64,000 bases of DNA, from assembly GCA_037447605.1 (NCBI GenBank), contig CM074817.1, positions 1,178,001 to 1,242,000 on the forward strand. Direction: 5' to 3'. The first letter of the stretch is position 1, and each line of letters starts with the position of its first letter. The translations under genes were made by a program, and so were the position numbers. Shown here piece by piece: positions 1 through 11,900 of this stretch. The notes beneath the pieces are model-generated. The model was not told where the DNA came from and did not search any database. It saw only the letters and a program-made list of their open reading frames with translations. The stretch is from Zygnema circumcarinatum SAG 698-1b (Eukaryota; Plantae; Zygnematophyceae).

Positions 1-142
1 CACGTATGATAACGACTTTCTCTCAAAGAGCCATATTGTCCTCTCCTTACTTGCTCTCTCTGTCCCTTCTCCCCCTCTGAATGCCCTCTACCCCAATCTC
101 CTCTCTTTTCTGATCTTTTCAGCCTGTTCCAACTCCGTGCAG

Positions 143-3100
143 CGGCATGGGCAACAATTACTTGGAGGGAAGACTGTCCAATATCATCGGCAATCTCAAA
201 AACCTGATACGATTGTGCGATTTTCTGAGTCCATCATGATTAGACCTCGTTTAGAGCCATGCCTTGGATGGCTCGTGAGCCTCTACAAGCTCCCTGCATT
301 CACAGCAAAGCAGCAATGTGCTCTCTCATCCGACATTCTCACCTCTTCTTGGTTCACTCAATGTCTCCGAACTCTCAAACTTCTTTTCCTTTTTTAGGGT
401 TTTTAGGGTTAGAGTCCCTCACACGCTGCCGCTCTCATTATCGCCAGGTATATGGACAACAACCGTTTCACAGGCTCCATATATTTGGCAAGCGACTTCC
501 TTCGCACAGTCACCGTTGAAGGAAATTACTTCTCCGGACCGCTAAACTTCACCAAAAATGGCACAAACTTCTGCTCCATAGTCCGCACCAACTGCCTTTT
601 CTTCTACGACTCATCCGGAGGCTGCGCAGCTTCCCAGCTTCAGCGGAGCCCTTCAGAGTGCGCGGCATTTTGCAACAGTGCGGATGCCGCCGGTACATGC
701 AGCGGCCATGGCACGTGCGCGTTCGCCACAACCACATGCAACTGCGATGAGGGATACACATTGGCGCTAGGGACCTGCTCTCCATCCAGTGAGTGGTTTC
801 TTACTATGGGAGGGATTCTAATGAGGGGCTGATTGATGCTTGGGTTGCAGTCGATCATGCTCAACGAATGGTCCATACAGGGGGTTTATTGATCAGCCAT
901 CCTAATTCCTATGTATTGCTATCGGTTTTTTGACCGCTGAGATTTGTCGGAGATTTGAAAGTAAGGAATGTAAGGGTTGAACAAAGTTTAGCTGATGCTT
1001 GGGGTGCAGTCGATGCGAGCTTGATAATCTGAGGTGACTCTGAACTAGCATCGTGGTTTGGAGTCACAGTAAAGGATGGGATAGGTCAATGGATTCAAGC
1101 AGTTTACCGAGAGTGGTTGGGTTCGGCATCGCATATACCATTTGGCAAAGCCTTCATTGTAAGCCATATTGAAAGGTTTAAGGGAGTGTTTCTTCAAAAT
1201 CTCTCAACATTTGCCCATGTGAATTGCAGGACCTCCTCCTCCACCACCTCCACCTGTCTCACTAGTAACTGCTGGTATGGAGTCAACTTGAACCTTTGCT
1301 ATTCAAGCTCTTAGAAAAGGTCTTGAGTCTTATACAATAAGGTAGAGTTGAAATCTTGAAATCTTTTAACTCTTGATGATGGTCCACGACAGTTCATGAA
1401 GAATTGGACTTCAAAGGTTCCATAGAAGCTGCATGTGCCTCATTCTTTCCGTGCTCCATTGTAGAATCTACCAAGTCAGAAAAACCTGATGCAGTCAAAA
1501 GGAGTGTGGTCCTTTTCATTTCGTGAATTCTCAACTTTCTTTCTCGCCCATTGTTCGTTACTCTGTCAGAAAGCGTTCTCTTAAAATTTAAGGCAGCGAT
1601 TTCTAGAGATCCTTCAAACAGACTGGGCGGCTGGACAAGTGGAAGGTCGGCCTGCACGTGGTCAGGAGTGACTTGTCAAAGCAATCGAGTGACTAAAATG
1701 TACGGCCAGCTGACTTGCTCTTGTCCCTTTGCTATTGCGTGATGGAGGGTTTTTTGAGAGATGTTTTCAACCGAAAAAAAATGAAGTGTGCAGAGCTGTA
1801 CAAGTCGACGACCCTAAACCCTAGACCCTAAACCCTAGCTTCAGACTCACTGACATTTTGGGGTATGTGGTCTTCAGGCTGAGCGTCTTTGCTTTAAGCC
1901 TGTCTGGCCAACTGGCACTTTTCTATGCTAAAGAAAGCTGTGAATGAGTCTTTAAAATTACACTTAGAAATATTATCACTTTACATTGGTGAAAGTCAAT
2001 CCAGTTACCTTATCCGTTTTGATAAGGTTCATTGAAAGAATGAACCTTATCAGTGCCATCGTCGAACATGGGTTGCGCGATCTAAACCATTTCTTTCGTC
2101 CAAAAAAAAAAAAGTGATGCATTTTTGATTTGTATGCGACTCACTGCATTGCTTAGAAGATTTGGTACACTCCATCCGTCAATGTGAACGAAAGAAATAA
2201 GTATAGCATTATGCTAAGAATAGAGTGAGAATGTGTGACTCAATTTGAAGCTTAACTATTGTCTTTTGTTCAGTGCAGAAAGCTTTCCAATTTTGGCCTG
2301 GCGGGAAGCATATCTGACTCCATCACTCTCTTAAGCACTCTCCAAGAATTGTCAGTCTTCATCAAACTCTGCTCGCCCCTTCTACATAGTAACATGACAA
2401 CACTTCTCCGTTTTGGGACGAGAGTTTTTGGCCTTTCGTATCAAAATAGTGCGTCTGTACTAAATGCGTGTGCTTCTATCACCCTCTAGGCTCATGTTGT
2501 AGAAACGTCGACAGGACACAAGTGTAAACTCATCCTGTTTCTTTCGTACCTTGATGGAATTCAGAGACTTATCCAATAACAGCTTCACGGGATTCATCCC
2601 AGCTTCCATTGGCACCCTCGTCAACTTACAAACCTTGTAAGATTTTACGTCATGAAATCTTTATTGGCGATTTTCAAGTTTCCTTGTCGTGTGCACTTCT
2701 ACCTTTTGTTGAGAGACAAGCGGCAAAGTGGTTTGTTTAGTCACAGCTGATGAATAGTATTCAGCGAAATTTTTGACATTAAAATAAAAAAAATGTAAGC
2801 TTGAAGGAGGATCATTGAGTGACTCTCAGAGGCTCCTCTCCGTCTCCCTCTCCCTCACCTCTCACAATTTCCCCAATATTTTTTTTTTTTTTCCAATTTT
2901 TCATTTTTTTTTTTTTTCATCGAGGGCTTGAACAGAAAGCTGGACGGGAACAGACTGACAGGCTTCATCCCAGAATCTATACAAAACATCAAAAATTTCC
3001 GACTATTGTGAGATGCTGGTCACATCCCCTTCCCTGCTGCCTTTATTCTTGAACCCCCCCATGCAGCTGAGCTCTAATACTACACTCACTTGCCCTAAAC

Positions 3101-3966
3101 CGAACTCATCTCCACCTTCCCTTTCGCAGATCTCTGGCCAACAACTTGCTAATTGGCCCCCTCACGTTCGACTTTATATCCCCGGAAAACTCCGTTTTTA
3201 ACTTCTCCAACAACTATTTATCCGGCATTCCCAGCATCGTTCTGAATGGCAGGTCGGTTTGCACGGGTATCTCCATGAACTGCTTTTCAAGTGCGGACTG
3301 TTCCCCTCAGAGAGACTCTTTAGCTTGTGGACTGTTCTGCAATGCAAGCCAATCACAGGGAGCTTGTGGGGGAAACGGAGTCTGTAACTATGGACTGGGA
3401 GAACAGCCAACATGCACTTGTTCTGCGGGATATTACTATGTCAACGATACTAAATCCTGCCAATTTGGTGAGTCTGGAAGCTACCATTTGGGACATGAGT
3501 TCGTGCATAAGGATATGTGTCTATCTGCGAGCACAGAAAGCAACTGGTTGGGTAGAAGAGCATGCAATGGAAAATAATCGATTCTGTGGGGTATTGTAGA
3601 AAGAGGGTTTTTGCCGAATCTAGCAGAAGCACGAGATTAAAGCCAGTGTGAACGAATTGTCACAAGACCCTATTTGTTTGTTTAAGTTTGAGATAGTACT
3701 TAGAAGTCGACCAATTGTGCATATTTTGCAATGCAGTGGAGAGGGGGAGGGGTTTGGGGGAGACCCTTCCTTCGAGCCTCCCCACCAAAGTGAACCGCTA
3801 CTTCCGCTATGCGAGCGCGGGCTATTTGAAGGGGCGGAGCGGGAGGGTGACGTGGCAAGTGGCAGTGTCATGGAATTGGACGGGAGAGGGAGCGATGCAG
3901 AGAGTCAGAGACCAGCAGCTCTGCAGTAAGAGGCCGACTTCCGAGCATTACTTTTCTATGAATGAC

Positions 3967-4002
<36 letters not shown>

Positions 4003-4012
4003 NNNNNNNNNN

Positions 4013-4065
<53 letters not shown>

Positions 4066-7000
4066 CCCCCCCTCCCCCCCCTTCCCCGCCCCTTTTTCGT
4101 TCTCCTCGATTTTCGGCTGACAGTTAAGTCGCTTTCCACATTTTGCATACTCCAAGAATCTTGCTTCTTTACCTGCCGAGCACAACTAACATTGTATACC
4201 ATTTCATCATTTCATTCCTAATGCATAATTATGCAAGTCCAACAAAAGCAACGAAGCCATTCTTAGTTGATGAGAGCTCTCTTTCGGAACCGTGCTACTC
4301 TCCTCCCTTGCTGAGTCCTCACTCATTCAAACGTTGTCACAACCCCCTCTCACTATCAACCATGTCGGATGGTTTGGCAGACTCGTGCTGGATATTTGCC
4401 CCAATTTCCGCTATTGAAAGCGCCATTTATATTGCCAATGGGGGGCAGCTCCCTCTCCCGGAGTTTGATGAGCAGCAGATTCTGAGCTGCTCCTCAAATA
4501 ACAAAACATGCACCTCCTTTGGAAGACCGATAGAAGCACTCGATTACGCTGCACAGAATACTCTTCTTCCGCGAACTGAATTTACAGGTCCAGCAAGCTG
4601 CTTACAGGTCAGAAAACTGAGAACATATATACATTTATACATTCATGCATACACAAATACACATATACATCAACATACATATATCTGAGCTATTGCTCTG
4701 GATACAATTCATGTCGTAGGGTGAAGAAGAGGAGCAAGGGGATAAAAAAGGGTGATGAAAGCAAACGGGTGATGCTCAGTTGGACTGATTCATGCATAAG
4801 ACTCGCCGGCTTCAGGTGCCCAAAATTGGCATGATCACTTCCTTCGAGCAGGTGCAGTTCAATGGCTGGATGGGACTTCTGCTGATTCTGCAGCAACAAC
4901 CTGCCATTGTAAACATTGAAGCGTCTAGCAGTAGCTTCATCAACTACAATTTTGTGAGAGATTGAACCCATTCTTGAGACCCTCCTCTGTCGAATGCCTT
5001 TTGCCTTTGACTCTGCATATCGATCCTATGATGAAAGCAAATTGAAACTCGTTGCGAAAGGAAAATGAAAACTGTCCTGTTCGTGCTAGCCCCCCCCCCC
5101 TCCCCCATCCACACTAGGACTTTCGACTTTCCCCTATTGCTAATGCTGAAGGGATAAACCACAATGTGCTACAGATTACAGTGATTATTAAAGGCGTCCC
5201 CTCCCCCTTTTTTTTTTTTTTTTTTTCTTGCCCCTTTCTGGCAGGGAGTGTATGACGACGAGAGCTGCTTCTCCAATGGAGTGGACCACAGTGTGGTAGT
5301 GGCCGGCTACGACTTAGCCTCCACTCCGCCATTCTGGCTGCTTCGAAACTCGTGGGGTTCAGGGTGGGGGGATGGTGGCTATATGCGTCTTAAAATCACA
5401 GGGGGGGATGGAATATGCGGTATCAATTCCCTGCCCGCACTTATGCCAGTGGTTAAGGGCACAGGTGACTTTTTGGAACATTAGACACTACTTGAACACC
5501 TTGCAGAGAGAGAGAGAGTATTCAAGCTGTGTGTTCAGGTTGAAGAATTGGATAAGTCGCTGGTTTACCTTCCTTAGGGATAATATGAAGAGTGGAAGAA
5601 GGATTTGCTCTAGCTTATGAGGGTGTGTTTATCTCGTTTTCTTTGGGGATTGGTGGATGATGCTTTTGCAGCCAATGACCCGTGCTTTACCAAAAACTAT
5701 GCCAAGTTGGTGCTCAAATCTTCGTACGGACCAGGAATGATGAACCCATGCGGGAATGGAGAGTGCATTCCAACCGGTTCAACAAATCTCTGCCTCTGCT
5801 CAGAGGGGTTTGTGGCTGTAAACAACTCTGACAATACGCAGACATGCGCTCCGGGTAAGGGCTGTGCTCTTATCATGCATCACCCTCCAATTGGGGCATT
5901 CTTGCTCAGTTTACACATGCAAGTCATGTGGGCTCTGTTGAGCTCTCCTTTGAGAATATTCACAGTCAAGAGCGAACCTTTTTGTTTATAGGATAGAGCC
6001 CTCCCCCTGATTTGCGCCTTTTCCTCCACTAAACCATCCATTACAAAACGGCTTCGTGAGATTCGTTTACAAGTTGGTCATTATTTGTGATTCTTTTTCT
6101 TCGTATTTTCATTTGTCTCCAGTGTCTCCGTGCACATTCTCTGGGAGTAATCCATGCGGAGTGGGAGCGTGCTTGGACTCCACTGCCCCTCCGGGAACAT
6201 ATTCATGTGCATGTCTGATTGGCTATGCGGCAGACTCCATGGATGGCATCCTCACATGCATCACAGGTTTGCCCCATCAGCCTTAACCTTAACAAGAACC
6301 ACGACTGCTCCTTATCTTCATCACTCAAAACTCGCCTTTGTTACTACAACATGTCATGCTCCTAGTAGTAGCCTTTTGGAACCTACAAAAGTTTGTTTTG
6401 TGTGTACACATGGTCCGATCTCCCTACCTTCTGTCTTGTTACTGATCCAATAATGAGTGTTGAACTGATAATCATAATAATCATCATCATCACGGCTGTT
6501 CTGGAGGACCCTTGCAGCTCCCTCAGTCTCTGGAAAGGTGCAGAACTTCACTGTTCCAGTCGGCACAAACATCAGCTGCTATAAAGTGTACAATACGTAC
6601 GGCATCAGCAAGGCTACTTTCTTGCTGCAGAACAAGGTAAGCAGGCTCGATGGCTCGTTTTTGTCTCTGTTTTGGCGCGGAAAATAAGTAGTAATAGGAT
6701 GGGTTTAGGTGACGTGACTTTTCAGACGGGAAAAAATAATGTGGTTTGCTGTAATTCAACCATCGCTGTTGCTTTGTTGGCAGCAACTAAACTGCAATGT
6801 ACCAATTCCGGGAGGGACAGTTGTAAATGTCACCAACTTCAGAAACTGTTCTGTGGTGTATGCTGTCAATTTGGTGAGTTCCGACCAACTTTCTTCCCCC
6901 GCAGTGCTTGGTCTCTTTCTGTCAGTTTGACTAAACACAGTCCACCACTGAATACAGAATGTGAAGCTTTCAAAGTCTTTCTGAATGAATACAGATCATT

Positions 7001-8028
7001 CTGAATTCTGAATACAGAATGATACTGATGTTCATTTCTGCCGACTGCTTGTTCATGGCAGGGCGATACATGTGTATCTATTGCAGCGATGTTCAACATA
7101 TCATCGCTTTCTGGAAACAAGTCTCCTAATCCGGACCTCGACTGTTCCCTCCTTGAACCGTTCCAGCAGGTATGGAGAAGTTCGAAATGGAGAGGCTCTG
7201 TATGATGTTACAATATGGCATCATATGCCTATCTATATTGTGAGGGTTCGTTTTTATAACAGTGTGGCCTATGTGCAGGTCTGCATTGAAAGAGGAGTCC
7301 TTCCCTACCTCGGGCCATGCACAAGGCCGTACGATGTGCAACCTGGCGAATCTTGCACACTCATTGCTCGAAACTACCTTAACGGAAACCTTCGACTGTT
7401 TTACGCACTCAATCCCGGTGTCTACTGTGGCAATCTGCTGCTCTCTACAAACAACCAGGCCATATTCGGACAACAGGTAACTTCACAAACAGTGATAACC
7501 TCTCCCATTCACACCCCAAATTCGCAAGCGGTAACTTCTTAACACACTAGCCAGCTTCCTGCTGAAGTCTCTCCTTTACAAGAACCTACACCGAAGTCCT
7601 GCTTGCTGCAAACCAAACTTTAGACTAAGCCTCACGCCATGAATGCTTACTTTTCCACCAGTCACGCCATGGATGCTTACTTTTCCACCAGTCACGCCAT
7701 GGATGCTTACTTTTCCACCAGTCACGCCATGGATGCTTACTTTTCCACCAGTCTTTCCCAACCTGAACCCATACTTGGCCCCATATTGCCCCTCCCCCAG
7801 GTCTGCCTTGCCGCGGGCGAGGTGGGGGCCAGTCTGACCTGCAGCAAGGGGAGGGCGGTGACCCTCCTCCGAGCGAGCAGCTGCGCGAGCCTAAAGCGGT
7901 GCTTCAAGGGGGGGAGGACGGAGACCTTCAAAGCGCTCAATGGCTACGCCTGCACTCAGCGCGCTCTGGCGGAGAGGCTCCGCTTCCCCAAACCGCAGAT
8001 CTGTGTGCCGAAGCTCAGCATATGTTGA
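143..8028 (+). CDS. Multi-exon, 5'-incomplete modular protein: LRR - EGF - poly-Pro - LRRNT - LRRs - EGF - papain (C1A) cysteine protease - EGF - EGF - about 4 LysM-like domains; no transmembrane segment seen
   Basis: Phase-compatible GT-AG exons. LRR exons of ~72 bp: GMGNNYLEGRLSNIIGNLKNLIRL (143-215), KLSNFGLAGSISDSITLLSTLQEL (~2278-2350), DLSNNSFTGFIPASIGTLVNLQTL (~2565-2636), KLDGNRLTGFIPESIQNIKNFRLL (~2934-3006). EGF-like CSGHGTCAFATTTCNCDEGY (~705-760). PPPPPPPP linker (~1230-1275). LRRNT LLKFKAAISRDPSNRLGGWTSGRSACTWSGVTC (~1570-1680). EGF CGGNGVCNYG..CTCSAGY (~3365-3435). Papain motifs VRDQQLC/NSCWIF (junction ~3925/4381), QQQPAIVNIEAS (~4890), VDHSVVVAGY and RNSWGSGWGDGGY (~5280-5390). 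EGFs at ~5680-5855 and ~6125-6265. LysM-like YAVNLGDTCVSIA..NPDLDC (~6860-7145) and YDVQPGESCTLIA..LNPGVYC (~7330-7430). Stop at 8026-8028. Confidence 0.8.
3968..4066. repeat. (CT)n microsatellite spanning an assembly gap
   Basis: CT run with 10 N at 4003-4012, inside an intron. Confidence 0.95.
7632..7751 (+). repeat. Intronic 30-bp tandem repeat x4
   Basis: TCACGCCATGGATGCTTACTTTTCCACCAG four times, with one mismatch in copy 1. Confidence 0.97.
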
Positions 8029-8121
8029 GCTTGGGAAGGTTTGGAAGTTGGGGTGGTGGGTCTGGGTGGTGGGGTATAATGGAGAATTTGGGATCCCCAA
8101 CTTGGGGTTTTTTGTTTTGGG

Positions 8122-8168
8122 TGGGGGGGGGGGGGGGGGGGGGGGGGGGNNNNNNNNNNGGGGGGGGA
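8122..8168. other. Poly-G run with 10-N assembly gap (8150-8159); similar gaps at 10595-10604 and 63687-63696
   Basis: Fixed-length 10-N runs, each within or beside low-complexity sequence. Confidence 0.9.
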
Positions 8169-8347
8169 TGGGTTTGTTACTGACTTATTACAAATGGGGT
8201 TCTTTTAGGGGTTCGCTTTGTTGTTGAAGAAACAATATTATCTGGTTTAAAATGAGTTCAATTGGGGGGAGGGTTTCCTTATTACACATGACTGGATGGG
8301 TTATTATTTATAACATGTCGAGGATTCATTTTTCTGAGAAATAAGTT

Positions 8348-8440
8348 GTGGCATTGATCTCACGATGGAGATGCCATCGAATGTACATGGACAAGAGCGA
8401 CATGGGGAACCACGAGGAACCGCTCAGAGAGGACCTAGGG
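8348..8440 (+). mobile_element. ~130-bp dispersed element, copy A (3'-degenerate)
   Basis: GTGGCATTGATCTCACGATGGAGATGCCATCGAATGTACATGGACAAGAGCGACATGGGGAACCACGAGGAACC matches seven other loci in the window. Confidence 0.75.
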
Positions 8441-8968
8441 ACCTTTTCCTCCCCCCGCTTCTCGCCTCTACTTTCTCTCTCCACACAGACCGCCTCAATG
8501 CTGCCCACGTCGCCGTCAAAACGAAACCTTACCATATATACCATACAAAATCATATGTATATAGAGAAAATAAGAGAATTGCCATTCAATCCCATGTAAT
8601 AACCACACCATTCCATAGCAACTTCTATAAGAATTTCCAAAATTAGAACACTCCAGTCATTTTCTAACGAATTGTTTCCGAATTTACGAAATTACTGCGA
8701 GTTATGAAATTCATGAGCCCAAAAACAAGAAATAACAACTCCAACTCCCGAAACCAGTAATGGCTCGTCGATGTATGTGTGAGTATGACATGACCCCCAA
8801 AGCTTCAGGATTCAATTCGAAAGCAGTACTTTCAGGTTTCACATCTCCCACTGATATCACATGTGTAATTTACTGGTCTCGAATACTGTTTCCTTTCTGG
8901 ACCTGGTGAAGGATTGACATGCCCATCTGACCTTCTGCTCCGCCATTGGACCTCGTCCCTTCGCCGCC

Positions 8969-11900
8969 ATGGATACTTCAGCGAAGGAAGGCCATGGCGG
9001 CCGGCGGCTGCCGAAGGGCGCGCTGGCATCCATTGCTCTCTTGTACATTATCAGCGCTTTGTCGGAAACCGTTCTCTTTCCTTTCGTGGCGTTGATGGTC
9101 AAAGGCTTTCACATCACGGAGGATCCGCTGAAATTAGGGTGAGGATGCTTGGAGGTGGAGTAGAATTGCTGGTAGGATTTGGTTTAGGGTTAAGTGTGGG
9201 GGAGGACTGGGACTAGGCTTGAAATTACGGTTATATAGGGTTATGGTTAGGGTTAGATTAGGGTTAGGGTTAGGGTTAGGGCAGGGTTGGGGTTAGGGTT
9301 AGAGTTAGGATCAGTTTAGGGTTAGGGTTAGGATCAGTATTAATACTTGCATTCATAATTAGGGTTAGGGTTAGTTAGGTTAGCGTGAAGGTAAGAATAA
9401 AGGCTTAAAGCAAAAGAGAGAGAGTTTAGGGAAGACCTAGTTTCAATTTTCTGTACAATTAATGTCACCAAATCCTTCACTCGAAGAGATATGACTGCGT
9501 ATGTCTCAAATATCTGCCTTTGGCTGTCACTGCAATTTTGGTGCCTGCAGCCTGTTTCCAGGCTATATGCGATCATGTCAATCAATAACCTCTTGAGTAC
9601 AGAGCACATTTCCATGATGGCACACTGTGAAAGCCTATGTTTTTGGTTTCTCATGGTTGTTCAGTCGTATGTGCGCCTCACACAAGCTTTCTTCCTTGCA
9701 TGGATCCAGCTATTATGCCGGATATGTTGCAAGTTCGTTTTACGTTGGCGTTTTGCTGTCGTCAGGCTTTTGGGGGTAAGCAGTTCTCTACCTAAATGTC
9801 TAAGCTCGTCGTTTTCACTCTATTATTATGTTTGGCATTCTGCAGCTCGTTGACTTATGGTACAACGTCTTCAAATGAAGTGAACTCAAGTCTTGAATTT
9901 CAGCTATTTCGTCCATATGAATTGTGACTGGGTTTCATTACTTGGCTCAAACGGACCTTTTTTTTTGTTTTTTCTTAAGTTCTCTGTCCGACTGGATAGG
10001 CCGCAAGCCGGTGCTCCTTTTCAGTACCGTCACAACAGCTGCCACGTCACTCACCTTTGGCTTCAGCTCCTCACTCTCGACAGCCATGGCTGCTCGCTTC
10101 TGCAGCGGACTCTTGAGTGGAGTATATCCTGTTGGCAAGACGTAAGCTCTTCCGTGCTATCTCTAATGAACAGTTTGAAAGGAACAAATTCCTACTGGAG
10201 TAGGAACTGCTTTTTTCAAGTAGTCCGAGTCAAATAGACGGAGGTGAGACAAAGGGATTTTGAAACGTGGTTTGACGATAAGCAACGAGGTCGATGTGTC
10301 TATATGATAGCATTTACTTTGTTGCTTGCTTTGTAGCTCAGTAAAGGTTCTCATACAACTTGTCGGAGGGTGCCATGGCGGCCTGCAGATTGATAGCAGA
10401 GCTGACTGATAACAGCAACCAAGCATCTGGGTAGGGCTTCCACCCTAGTCCTCCCAGAATGACTTTCAATTCACAAACTGTCGTCTGTCAAGTTGGATCT
10501 CTTGTGTTTTGAGGCTTCTCTTCTGCTTGTTTTTGCTTGTTCTTTGCAGCTACACTGTGATTGGCCTCAGTTGGGGTGTCGGTCTGCTCTTGGGNNNNNN
10601 NNNNCCCCCCAAATTGTTCTCTTTGAAACCCCAAGTAGATCACAGATACATACCTCCACTTTAGTAGCTCTTTGCGGTGTACTCGAAGGATATCAGATTG
10701 TTCAAGTCAACAGCCCCAACTTATGCTTATTGTGTCTGATCATCAAGATTGTGCATTCCATGCTGTTTCCTACAGGTCCTGCGTTGGGAGGGCTGTTCTC
10801 ACAGCCGGCAGAAAAGTACCCCTGGTTGATACCCCAGGGCAGCCTTCTTGATATTTTCCCCTTCGCCCTCCCCTGCATTTTTATCAGTTCCCTTGCCGTT
10901 GTTAGCCTCGGCCTCCACTACTTTTCTCTGCCCGAAACTTTGGGCAGGGCCAAAACTGCTTACAATTTTAGACCAACTGCTATGGAGATTTCCACTGAAG
11001 CCGGCAGCAGCAAAGACGGAGCGAGTGGCAGCAAAATTTGCTGCTCCAATCAGGATTTGACATCTGGCAGCTCCTTTCTCCCAAAAGGAACGTTGCTGTC
11101 CCATGTGACAACGGAGCCTCGGCTCCGTGAGCCGTTGATTTTGAAGGAAAATTCGGAAACTGAGATGGGAAGCATAGGCAAGGGAGGGAAAGGATGGGCC
11201 GTGAGAAGGTGGTTGGCCTCCATTTGTGGGTGGGAGGATGAGGAAAAATATACAGTAGAGTGGAGGGGTGATGAGAAAGCAGGATGGGTGAGAGCTGTCT
11301 TTTGCGAACGGGATACCGGTGAGTGTCTACTGTTTATTAGGGTGGCTTTTGAGGGCTCAGATTTTGCTCAATGAAACTGTTCTCAGGAGCATTCTATCCA
11401 AAGTTTCTACCTTAACTTTGAAGTGATTCTGAAGGGAAGGTTGTTGTTGCTCCTGCTGACTGACATGTGGTGTGTATACGTGCAGTGCTGACGACGCTGA
11501 TTTATGCGGTCTTGGGATTTGCTGCCACTTCGCAGAATGAGGTGATTTCTCAACTAAGAAAGTATCTAGTGAATGTTTAAAGTCTGGACTTTCGCCATAT
11601 CAAATGCTCTGTATGAATGCTGATTACTCCTGCCGCTCGTTTGTCGTAAGAGACTTCCATGTCTCCTTTATGCTTGAGACAATTAGTTTCAGGTTTGCTG
11701 TAACTTTACGGAAGAGCAGAATATTGCTGTGTTTTCTAAGGCAACTCAGACAAGGGAGTAACTACATTTTAATCAGCTTTAGATGTCAGCGTAGCAATTT
11801 TGTAGGCATCGTGGTTTTTTGCATGCCCAGACGCCAGACTGCACATGTGGCACTGGAAAGATGAACCTATCAAAGAAATGAAATGGCTCAAAGTGGAAAC

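Noticed and set aside
8348-8440. tRNA-derived SINE identity for the 130-bp element
   Set aside because: No convincing A box/B box pair or tRNA-like head in either orientation; left unclassified.
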